This document shows positions 1-9,691 of a DNA stretch of 64,000 bases, in pieces. The position numbers and the translations under genes were made by a program. The DNA lies in NCBI GenBank assembly GCA_030141605.1, contig JAQGDQ010000723.1:1-64000 (forward strand), read 5' to 3'. The notes under the pieces were generated by a model. That model made no database searches. It saw only the letters and a list, made by a program, of their open reading frames with translations, and had not been told where the DNA came from. The first letter of the stretch is position 1; each line of letters opens with the position of its first letter. The DNA comes from Tubiluchus corallicola (taxonomy: Eukaryota > Animalia > Priapulida).

Positions 1-83
1 ATGGATATTTAAAGGAAAACCAGCACCAATTTTAAACAATACCTCAAAATGATTTTCCCGCTAAAATTGTTCGATTTCAAATA

Positions 84-519
84 CCGTAAGTCTTCGCTTT
101 ACGACCTCCCCCATTTAGCAACATTTCATTTTAACAACGCTGAACATTTGACACCTTTTCCAGTAAGTCCTCGCTTAACGACCTCCTCCCCCGTTTAGCA
201 ACATTTCATTTTAACAATGCTGAATATTTGACACCTTTTCCAATAAATCCTCGGTTAACAACGTCCCCCTGTTTAGCGACATTTCATTTTAACAATGCTG
301 AACATTGACACCTTTTAAGTAAGCAGAAAAAATTAATTAGTAGAACCCAAAAGGAAACTCACAAACTTTTATTTTATATGATTTAAGCACTTTGCCACTG
401 GAACGTAACTCCATTTTTTTACATTAGTTTCTATGGAAGTTTTGGTTTCATTTAATGACATTTCGCTCAAGGTTGCATTTTGCTGGAACGCATTAACATC
501 GTTAAGCGAGGACTTACTG
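84..519. mobile_element. pogo/Tigger-like MITE with a tandemly triplicated left end (about 79-bp units, 84-320)
   Basis: TA-flanked TIRs c(c/a)gtaagtc(c/t)tcgctt(a/t)acg and cgttaagcgaggacttactg. Confidence 0.65.
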
Positions 520-1128
520 TATTGTTTCTGAAAGAATAACTCGCATTCGAGTGTTATCACTGCGGAAACTTAATTTTGTCAGTTTTTCATTACTTGCCAT
601 CATATTTTCTTAGATTGCTGAGAAAGTGAGGCCTGTAACTAAGCAAGTCACTCTTGAGGTTGCCTCTTGAAAATTTCCTTTAGAGCTGTAGTCAACTTAA
701 AACTGTGCTCTTATAATTTTCTGAGTTTTTGTGTTTAATGGCCAACATCACATACAGTGCCGCAAATTTAACTTTGAGAACATGTACGGAATGCGCAACA
801 AGTCCTTGGAAGTTTCCGCATTTGAAAAATTGCATCCAGCTGTCATGTCATTCCTAATTGTGCCTCGAGAAAAGTAACCAAGTTTCTGGCACTAATATTT
901 AAATGCAAAATAACATTTTGCCATTTACTGTAGATAATAAATATGTATTTGTAATACAGATTGAAATAATCCATTATTTAAAACATCCTCAAGTTCCGTA
1001 ACCAGCTAATGTCATTGTTACAACTTCTCAGATGAATGATATTGCTAAAACTGGTGGCGAAATGTCCAGTGACAAGTTATGACCGCACATCCCCGTGTTA
1101 TAATATCTCTTGTTTCTTTGCTTTGCAG

Positions 1129-1346
1129 GTTTGAACTTCATCTGAAAATGGCTTGTCCAGCGTCCAGCCAGCCAGTGGATAAACCTTGTGTGGAGAGCAT
1201 GCCCACATTAATCTACAGTGGACCGAGCTTAAAGTTCAATTTGACGGGTCTCACGCCGTACACTAACTACCTTGTTCAACTGCTTGTGCATACTAAAGCG
1301 GGAACTACTAATTCTACCTGGCAACTTTTTACGACAAGCTCTGCAG
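1129..1346 (+). CDS. USH2A: Usherin exon (FN3 part)
   Basis: ttgcag acceptor and g|gtaagt donor; encodes FELHLKMACPASSQP...LTGLTPYTNYLVQLLVHTKAGTTNSTWQLFTTSSA. Confidence 0.85.
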
Positions 1347-4300
1347 GTAAGTTAGTGTAGCTGGTTTCAAACATTTGCTTGCCTGTGTGTTTTCAAATGC
1401 ATTTCTATGGCTGTTTGTGCCTGTCATAATAAGATGAGGCTTGCCATTTAATATATAAAGAAATTGTATTTATTATTGCTAAAATATTAAAATGGAATAA
1501 GACTTTTCTTTCGAATGATGAGAAGCATTTAGAAGGCAACAAAGAGGAGAAGTTCTATTGACATAGTCGTTACCAGACCTTCTCATTGCTTGTCATCCTT
1601 GTTAAAAGAATTCTTATTGGCATGGTCCTGGTTAGATGTCTTATTCACATGATCTTTGTTAGAAAGATTCTTGTAGGTACATGTTTGTTAGGAGACTTTT
1701 TATTGACACTGTTCTTCTTGGAGTAATTTTCATTAGCTGGTCTTTAATAGGAAAATTCTTGTTGACATGGTCATTGTTAGACAAATTCTTGTTGGCATTG
1801 TCCTTCTTAGAGCAATTCTTATTAGCTGATCTTTAATAGAAAAATCCTTGTTGACATGGTCACTGTTAGACGAATTCTTGTTGGCATTGTCCTTCTTAGA
1901 GCAATTCTTATTAGCTGATCTTTAATAGAAAAATCCTTGTTGACATGGTCACTGTTAGACGAATTCTTGTTGGCACTGTCCTTCTTAGAGCAATTCTTAT
2001 TAGCTGGTCTTAAAAAGAAAAATCCTTGTTGACATGGTCATTGTTAGACAAATTCTTGTTGGCATTGTCCTTCTTAGAGCAATTCTTATTAGCTGGTCTT
2101 TAATAGAAAAATCCTTGTTGACATGGTCATTGTTAGACAAATTCTTGTAGGCATTGTTCTTCTTAGAGCAATTCTTATTAGCTGGTCTTTAATAGAAAAA
2201 TTCTTGTTGACATGGTCATTGTTAGACAAATTCTTGTTGACACTGTTCTTCTTAGAGCAATTCTTATTACCTGGTCTTTAATAGTAAAATTTTTATTGAC
2301 ATGGTTGTTGTTAGACGAATTCTTGTTGGCATTGTTCTTCTTAGAGGAATTCTTATTAGCTGGTCTTTAATAGAAAAATCCTTGTTAACGTGGTCACTGT
2401 TAGACGAATTCTTGTTGGCATTGTCCTTCTTAGAGCAATTCTTATTAGCTGTTCTTTAATAGGAAAATCCTTATTGACATGGTTGTTGTTAGGTGAATTC
2501 TTGTTGGCACTGTTCTTCCAAGAGTATTCGCCCAATCATTGAGGCAATGGGTTTGGAGTTCAAATCCAACTGTCGACACACTTGTCAGATTGTAGTTTTA
2601 GTTTCCCAGCGTTAGCTGGTAATCTTACTTGTTGATTTGTAACTAGCGAAAGTCTGTAATAATAATAACGTACAATGTTGCTAAGTCTGTAAACGTGCGA
2701 ACTAACACTGCCTATTTGTTTTAGCACCGGAGTACATAATGACACCGTCCATCACTGTAAATGAGCGAACGTTGGTATTGGACTGGTCAAAATCATTCAG
2801 ATTAAATGGTCAGCTTCATCAGTATATCTTATATACTAATGGCTATAAGACTTATTCCGGTTTTGGAGAACAATCGACGCTCGTCCGAGAAAATTTGAGC
2901 AAAAGCAAGTATTTTATTGTTTGTCTTTGTATAACCGCGGTGTTTTATATATCAGTGGGTTGATGAAATGTGGATGCGTTTTCACGTGTGGATGAAAATT
3001 ATGTAAAAAAACATAGGTATTAAATTTTCTTTACCATTTGAAAGTTTTAGTACTTTCTCTGAAAAGGGACAGTTTATAATCTAGCATAGCGACGATTATA
3101 GAGACGAATAGTAAATTGTTTGAGAATCAGCATTGACCCTGATCCACAAATCTAACTCCATTTTTACATTCTGTTCCCTTTATCTGTTCTGATTGGCGAG
3201 TGAAATAATATTGTGATGAAGTGATGTATGCTCTTTCTTTTTCTGCGCTTCCATTTCTGCTATTACAATGATTTGTATCTGATTTTTTAAGTACGTTGTA
3301 TTTTCAGAATACACCATAATGGTAACGCTGATAACGCACGTTGGAAATGTGTCTTCTGACCCAGTCACATTCGACCCGGAGATACACACGACGTTAAAAA
3401 CTGCAGTTGGCGGTAAGTTGAACATTTTTTAACATTTTTCTGTATTCGTGTCTTAATTAATAGCAGCAAATCGTCTCCCATCTCAGTTGTTGTGCCCCAA
3501 TGTTTTTAGCTTGGCTTTGTAATTGCTCAACTAGTCTAAGTTTTTCATTAGTACACATATAATCGATTACCAAATTACGCTTTGCTGTCTGTTGTCTCCC
3601 AGAAACTAGCTTTTCATTGCTTATAATGGTCAACATTTTTTTGTGTTCTTTAAACAGTTTGGAACTCTGTTACTCAGGCTACAGCAATTAATGGTCAGAC
3701 CAATGATATCTAAATGGTTGAGGCTGAGCTGACGCTTAGTTGATAGTTAAAAATAGTCTTCTAAAATGAGGTACTAAAACTGTAAGGACCTCTTCTGGAA
3801 GCCTGTGTTAACAAAATATACATCTGGTGGCCATATGGCAGACTGAATTGCTGAAAAGTATATATCCTGACAGTGACCCATCTGCTGACTGGACAGGCTT
3901 AGGATTGCTTAATCTTTATCAAAGTCATGATATCTGGATTTAGGTTGTCCTCGCAAATACTTTTCTTTGCCATGTTTGTTAATTAATTAACATTTTGTCA
4001 TTTAACTAATTCATATACATTTTTACAGGCACGGTATACGTCGGCACTCCTAAAATCACCAGCCCTCCTGTGACGACGACTACGACCGTAGCACCTAAAC
4101 CCATCATCGCATACTTCAAGGAAACTTGGTTTATTGTGCTCATGTCATTGTTGGGTGTAATGTTAATCTTCATCATCCTAGCTTGTTGCTTAAAGAACAC
4201 TGGACACAGATCTCCGTACCAGCGAGAGCGACTTCCTCTACCTCCAAAGCCTCAGCGGCAACCCAAGCTGTGGCCAGAATCGTATCCATGTTACGACAGT

Positions 4301-7007
4301 ACCATCGGCTATGTGGTAAGTGTAGTAAGCATTTCCCTCGGCTGACAACATGTATATGTTCCTTATTTTACACATGTGAAATTTCTATCATCGTGAATTT
4401 TATATTATTAATTTAGGAACCTCCGTATGACCAGGGCTACAATGTCGCAAAGGGCGATTATCCGCAAGCGTTTAATCACTACGCAAACCACGCATATGAT
4501 CAGGGATCATTGGTCAGTTTGTCGCCAAGTTTACCAGTCAACCAGACTGGCAGATTTCTGCTGGACGAAGATGATGACTTGGCTTGGGTGGATCGACTCA
4601 GTAGCGTGCATCCCGAAAGCTTGGTAATTAGCCATGTAGCATAATTGAGTAGTAAATAACTTGGTAGTGTGCATCTTGAAAGTTTGGTAAGTAGCTATGT
4701 AGCATAATTGAGTAGTAAATGACTAGGTAGTGTGCATCTTGAAAGTTTGGTAAGTAGCTATGTAGCATAAGTGAGTAGTAAATGACTTGGTAGTGTGCAT
4801 CTTGAAAGTTTGGTAAGTAGCTATGTAGCATAAGTGAGTAGTAAATGACTAGGTAGTGTGCATCTTGAAAGTTTGGTAAGTAGCTATGTAGCATAAGTGA
4901 GTAATAAATGACTCTGTAGTGTGCATCTTGAAAGTTTGGTAAGTAGCTATGTAGCATAAGTGAGTAGTAAATGACTAGGTAGTGTGCATCTTGAAAGTTT
5001 GGTAAGTAGCTATGTAGCATAAGTGAGTAGTAAATGACTCGGTAGTGTGCATCTTGAAAGTTTGGTAAGTAGCTATGTAGCATAAGTGAGTAGTAAATGA
5101 CTAGGTAGTGTGCATCTTGAAAGTTTGGTAAGTAGCTATGTAGCATAATTGAGTAGTAAATGACTCGGTAGTGTGCATCTTGAAAGTTTGGTAAGTAGCT
5201 ATGTAGCATAAGTGAGTAGTAAATGACTCGGTAGTGTGCATCTTGAAAGTTTGGTAAGTAGCTATGTAGCATAAGTGAGTAATAAATGACTTGGTAGTGT
5301 GCATCTTGTAAGTTTGGTAAGTAACTATGTAGCATAAGTGAGTAGTAAATGACTAGGTAGTGTGCATCTTGAAAGTTTGGTAAGTAACTATGTAGCATAA
5401 GTGAGTAGTAAATGACTCGGTAGTGTGCATCCAGAAAGTTTGGTAAGTAACTATGTAGCATAAGTGAGTAATAAATGACTAGGTAGTGTGCATCTTGTAA
5501 GTTTGGTAAGTAGCTATGTAGCATAAGTGAGTAGTAAATGACTCGGTAGTGTGCATCCAGAAAGTTTGGTAAGTAACTATGTAGCATAAGTGAGTAATAA
5601 ATGACTAGGTAGTGTGCATCTTGTAAGTTTGGTAAGTAGCTATGTAGCATAAGTGAGTAGTAAATGACTCGGTAGTGTGCATCCAGAAAGTTTGGTAAGT
5701 AGCTATGTAGCATAAGTGAGTAGTAAATGACTAGGTAGTGTGCATCTTGAAAGTTTGATAAGTAGCTATGTAGCATAAGTGAGTAGTAAATGACTCGGTA
5801 GTGTGCATCTTGAAAGTTTGGTAAGTAGCTATGTAGCATAAGTGAGTAGTAAATGACTCGGTAGTGTGCATCTTGTAAGTTTGGTAAGTAGCTATGTAGC
5901 ATAAGTGAGTAGTAAATGACTCGGTAGTGTGCATCTTGTAAGTAGCTATGTAGCATAAGTGAGTAATAAATGACTAGGTAGTGTGCATCCTGAAAGTTTG
6001 GTAAGTAGCTATGTAGCATAAGTGAGTAGTAAATGACTCAGTAGTGTGCATCCTGAAAGTTTGGTAACTATGTAGCATAAGTGAGTAGTAAATGACTTGG
6101 TAGTGTGCATCCTGAAAGCTTGGTAAGTACTGTTGAACAGCATGTAACTTAGCAGCATGCTTCTCTAATATTTGATAAATATCATGAGTAAATGCCACAT
6201 TGCCACAACTTAATAATGCCTGCTGTATGAAACTAAAATATAATAATGAAAGAGAAGAAAATCAGAAACTAATTACTTTACCCAATCAAATCTAATTTAG
6301 ATGGAAAATTTATTATTTACTTTTAACTTTGAGCTTCACAACACACTGCTTCATAATTGCTACTAGTCAAAATCCAGAAAATGTTTGCTCCTTACTTTAA
6401 GAGTCAGTGCTTTGCTTATATTATCATTTCACACACAGACCTAATTTGCCATTAATGTAACAATTATTTTACTTAAATTTAGCCGTGCAGTTACAATGTT
6501 ACTTGGTTATCGATTTTATTCAAAATTACTGCTAATTCAGTAGATTCGTAAGAAGCCTTATCAGAGATTTCATAGCCGAATTTGGCAGCATTTAATTTTG
6601 GCACAATAAAAATAAGGTTGCCTTGGACAGCATTAAAAATAAATGCTGGCATGTAGACATGTAGAAAAAAACTTTTGCTGCCATGATTAGTTTAGTATTT
6701 TAGTGAGATCAATGCAAATGAAATTACAGAGAAGCTACGTACATTATCAAATATTAATTAGCGGGCAGCAACGCTTGTAGGTATTTTCTTGCAGTTTAAA
6801 TGCATAAGCAAGTTACTCACCATTTTGAACCAATAATTTTTCTTACATTTAAAATGTTCATACATTCAGCCATTTTATACATTTTGTTGTATGTAGATTT
6901 GCCTACTTATTTTTCAGCTGGATGATGATTTGTACAGCACAGTGCGCAGTCATCCGTACAGTATTACACACAAACAACATCAGATTTTTCCAGACTCTCA
7001 CCTCTGA
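1129..7007 (+). CDS. USH2A: Usherin (USH2A-like), 3' part; join(1129-1346,2725-2904,3308-3412,4029-4315,4417-4623,6918-7007); 5' part lies outside the window
   Basis: Exon phases chain without frameshift. FN3-like segments (LTGLTPYTNY, WSKSFRLNG) are followed by TM/juxtamembrane YFKETWFIVLMSLLGVMLIFIILACCL...PYQRERLPL, resembling vertebrate usherin FYSELWFIVLMAMLG...PYIRERPPL. C-terminus FPDSHL* resembles the usherin PDZ-binding DTHL*. Confidence 0.9.
1560..2520. repeat. 89-bp minisatellite built from three ~30-bp subunits (about 8.5 units from ~1735, degenerate monomers upstream)
   Basis: gacatggtc recurs at 1764, 1853, 1942, 2031 and onward. Confidence 0.9.
2725..2904 (+). CDS. USH2A: Usherin exon (FN3 part), probable GC donor
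   Basis: ttttag acceptor; encodes APEYIMTPSITVNERTLVLDWSKSFRLNGQLHQYILY...; the phase-1 donor needed by the next exon fits a|gcaagt at 2905. Confidence 0.75.
3308..3412 (+). CDS. USH2A: Usherin exon
   Basis: ttttcag acceptor and g|gtaagt donor; encodes YTIMVTLITHVGNVSSDPVTFDPEIHTTLKTAVG, completing an FN3 domain. Confidence 0.8.
4029..4315 (+). CDS. USH2A: Usherin exon (Thr-rich stalk, transmembrane helix, juxtamembrane region)
   Basis: ttttacag acceptor and gtg|gtaagt donor; WFIVLMSLLGVMLIFIILACCL TM helix followed by PYQRER. Confidence 0.9.
4417..4623 (+). CDS. USH2A: Usherin cytoplasmic exon
   Basis: atttag acceptor; 69 open codons EPPYDQG...DEDDDLAWVDRLSSVHPESL; ttg|gtaatt donor, phase 0. 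Confidence 0.8.
4595..6129. repeat. 63-bp minisatellite, about 25 copies, spanning the usherin exon/intron junction
   Basis: Unit gactcggtagtgtgcatcttgaaagtttg|gtaagtagctatgtagcataagtgagtagtaaat. Confidence 0.97.
6918..7007 (+). CDS. USH2A: Usherin terminal coding exon with PDZ-binding motif
   Basis: ttttcag acceptor; LDDDLYSTVRSHPYSITHKQHQIFPDSHL then TGA at 7005-7007. Confidence 0.85.
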   Translation: MDDDLYSTVRSHPYSITHKQHQIFPDSHL

Positions 7008-7247
7008 TGAAATCCTCGTTTAGAGTGAAGGTGTTTTTAGCGAGACTGTAATACGTTTCGTCCAATCCTCAACTGTCGATAAACCACATTGTGAGGAAAA
7101 TGGCAGCCCGCTGAGTACAAGTGCATCAACAGTGCTCATGTAGTACTTATCAGCAGTCATGATGTTTAAGTATGATCAGGAATACTATGATAAGCTGAAT
7201 ATGCTTATTTTATACTTAATTTGTATTAAATGTAATGCTGTTTGAGG

Positions 7248-7653
7248 CAATGGCGTCGCTAGGGGGTATGGCCCACCACACCATCCTGCGGGTGACACCA
7301 TAAATGTGTATTTTTTGGAGGGGTCTATTCATTCATATTCATAATTTTTTATTCATACGATTAAATATTGCTTCAATGTGTAAATACCACACATGAAAAA
7401 TTAAAAATATTAAAAGTTTCATTTTAAAATAAACATTGTCAATGTACTAACGTGTTATTAGCACTTTAACTCAGTAGGATGGAAAACACAATCACGTTGT
7501 CTAGATAATGTTTCTCCTAATCGCCATGTAGCCTGTGCTAGCTACGTTAGATACTATTAAAGGACTTTGTATGATACAGTATATGAGCTGCAACGCACAG
7601 GTGACATCATGAGTACTGCACCGGGTGACACCAACCCTAGCGACGCCCGCCTA
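7248..7653. mobile_element. hAT-like MITE downstream of the usherin stop (likely 3' UTR)
   Basis: Inverted ggcgtcgctaggg / ccctagcgacgcc; 8-bp TSD gtttgagg at 7240-7247 and 7654-7661. Confidence 0.8.
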
Positions 7654-8110
7654 GTTTGAGGTTTAACAGTTGTTGAACGTTTTGTGCATCACAGTAGATT
7701 AGCATTGACAAAGACGCATTAGTCACAAAAGAATCTAGTCATAAAAATGATTTACAAGAGTGAGGTTGTGGTGAAAGTGCACACTTAACACTGTATGAAG
7801 CTTTTATGTATTTAATTCATATATAAATAATTAGGGACCATTTTGTACAAACTAAAATTCAAGTGTTTGAGTTCTCACACCACTAACTTATTTCATTTTA
7901 CAAGTCTTAGTTGTAAAAACATAGTATTTTATACTCTATAATAGTTCGTTTTATAGCATTGTTTTCTTATAAATAACATTAAGTAATATATTATATACAT
8001 TTTTCAGCAATCATGAATAACATTTTCACTTAAATCTAGTCGACAAGTATGGCCAGAATTACTGCTTAAAAAGTTTAATATCTTTATTTTGTAAATAACG
8101 GGTATCATAT

Positions 8111-8300
8111 GATTGTGACCAATCATCCGTATTGATGTACTATTCGAACATGTCTTTTATTGGTTTTTGTGATTGTGACCAATCATCCGTATTGATGTAC
8201 TGTTCGAACATGTCTTTTATTGGTTTTTGTGATTGTGACCAATCATCCGTATTGATGTACTGTTCGAACATGTGTCTTTTATTGGTTTTTGTGATTCCGT
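8111..8300. repeat. 60-bp tandem repeat, about 3 copies
   Basis: gattgtgaccaatcatccgtattgatgtac... at 8111, 8171 and 8231. Confidence 0.9.
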
Positions 8301-8426
8301 CCTTGTTACTGTGATAATACAGTGCATAATGAAATGTAGTGCTCAAATGGTTTAATTTACTTTTGTTCTTTACTATTTAATTTAATATTTATTTATTTAT
8401 TTGTCAGATTTGCAGAGTAACTTTTT

Positions 8427-8432
8427 AATAAA
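8427..8432 (+). terminator. Candidate usherin polyadenylation signal
   Basis: AATAAA in T-rich context followed by a GT/T-rich tract (tgttgtcattgtgggtgttttttg). Confidence 0.35.
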
Positions 8433-8758
8433 CATCTGTCACTGAAATACTGTTGTCATTGTGGGTGTTTTTTGAACTTCCTGAATAAAGTTTGCAGGTC
8501 TTGCAATGTTCATACGTTTCTGCAATAAGTCTGCAGTTTACAGTCACACTATGTCATTTGTACCTCGCCTTACTATCATCTAAATACATGTGTCAGTACA
8601 TGAGACTACAGTGCGTGACGTGTTCCTAGCACTTCTAACTCAGTAGAGGATGGAAAACAAAATGTTGTTGTCTAGATGATGTTTCTCTTAATGACCATGT
8701 AGCGAATATTAGCTATGCACATGACTTACTACTAAATTTTGTATAATACACTATAAGA

Positions 8759-9232
8759 CAGGGGTGTGCAAATTGCAGCCCGCCGAGAGAATTTGTGCGG
8801 CCCGCGAAGAGATTTGTCAACCTAATGAAAGTGCGGCCCGGGCGATTAATTGAGTGTATCCAGCTGAAGTCAGTGCGACGATCCCAAAGACAGTGCGGGT
8901 AGTTTTTTCTACTAGATCGGATGCCATTAACCCTTACAAGACGGTTGTAGCTTAATGTCACTGTACTACACAGACTGTGTGATACACATTACTAATATGC
9001 ATTGTAATGAAATTACCACTATCTGTCCTGAAAATAGAAATATATGGTTTGTAATATAAATTTTAATAACTTCTAAAATAGTTTCTTGAGTGTAGTAGTA
9101 ATGATGTACGCAGGTCGGATGCAAAAAAATCATTATTAGGCCTTTCTGTCCTTGATCAAACTGCCTGTGGCCCGCAGGAAGTGCGGGAAAGTTTAATGTG
9201 GCCCGGCTAGTCAGATAATTTGCACACCCCTG
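8759..9232. mobile_element. hAT-Charlie-like MITE
   Basis: 16-bp TIR caggggtgtgcaaatt / aatttgcacacccctg; subterminal gcggcccg motifs; TSD only partly preserved (ctataaga/ggttaaga). Confidence 0.8.
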
Positions 9233-9556
9233 GGTTAAGAGCTCCAGCGCACATGTGGCACCATGAGTACCGCACCGGGCGACACCAACCTTAGCGATGC
9301 CCCCAGTTTGAGGTATAACAGTTGTTGAACATTTCGTGCATCACAGTAGATTAGCATCGACAAAGACGCATTAGTCACAAAGGAATCTAATCATACAAAT
9401 GATTTGCAAGAGTGAGGTTGTGGTGAAATGGTCGCACTGAATAGAAGCATTTCAAGAAATTTTGAATCTGTTTAGCCATCTGTCTCTTTACAGATCTTTG
9501 CCTTGACCACTAAATAATAACCTAGCAATAAACATACTGGTAACGTTGCTCAATAG

Positions 9557-9691
9557 TTAGACCTCAAGTGGTAAATTTTCGAGCGGAATTCTTTCATCTA
9601 ACTCGCCAGTTCGTTTAAAGTGTCTGTAGATTAATTTTCGTTTGATATTTGCGTTTACGTGTCCCAAGTTTTCCATTTTCCGCACGGACAT
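9557..9691 (-). CDS. DDX28: DDX28 terminal coding exon 12
   Basis: ttttattag acceptor; [20 protein letters not shown]...LPLEV then TAA. Confidence 0.8.
   Translation of the reverse strand: MSVRKMENLGHVNANIKRKLIYRHFKRTGELDERIPLENLPLEV

Noticed and set aside
4628-6019. 463-aa minus-strand ORF of 21-aa repeats
   Set aside because: It is the antisense reading of the 63-bp minisatellite. The unit is a multiple of 3 and stop-free by chance, and its origin is explained by the usherin splice junction.
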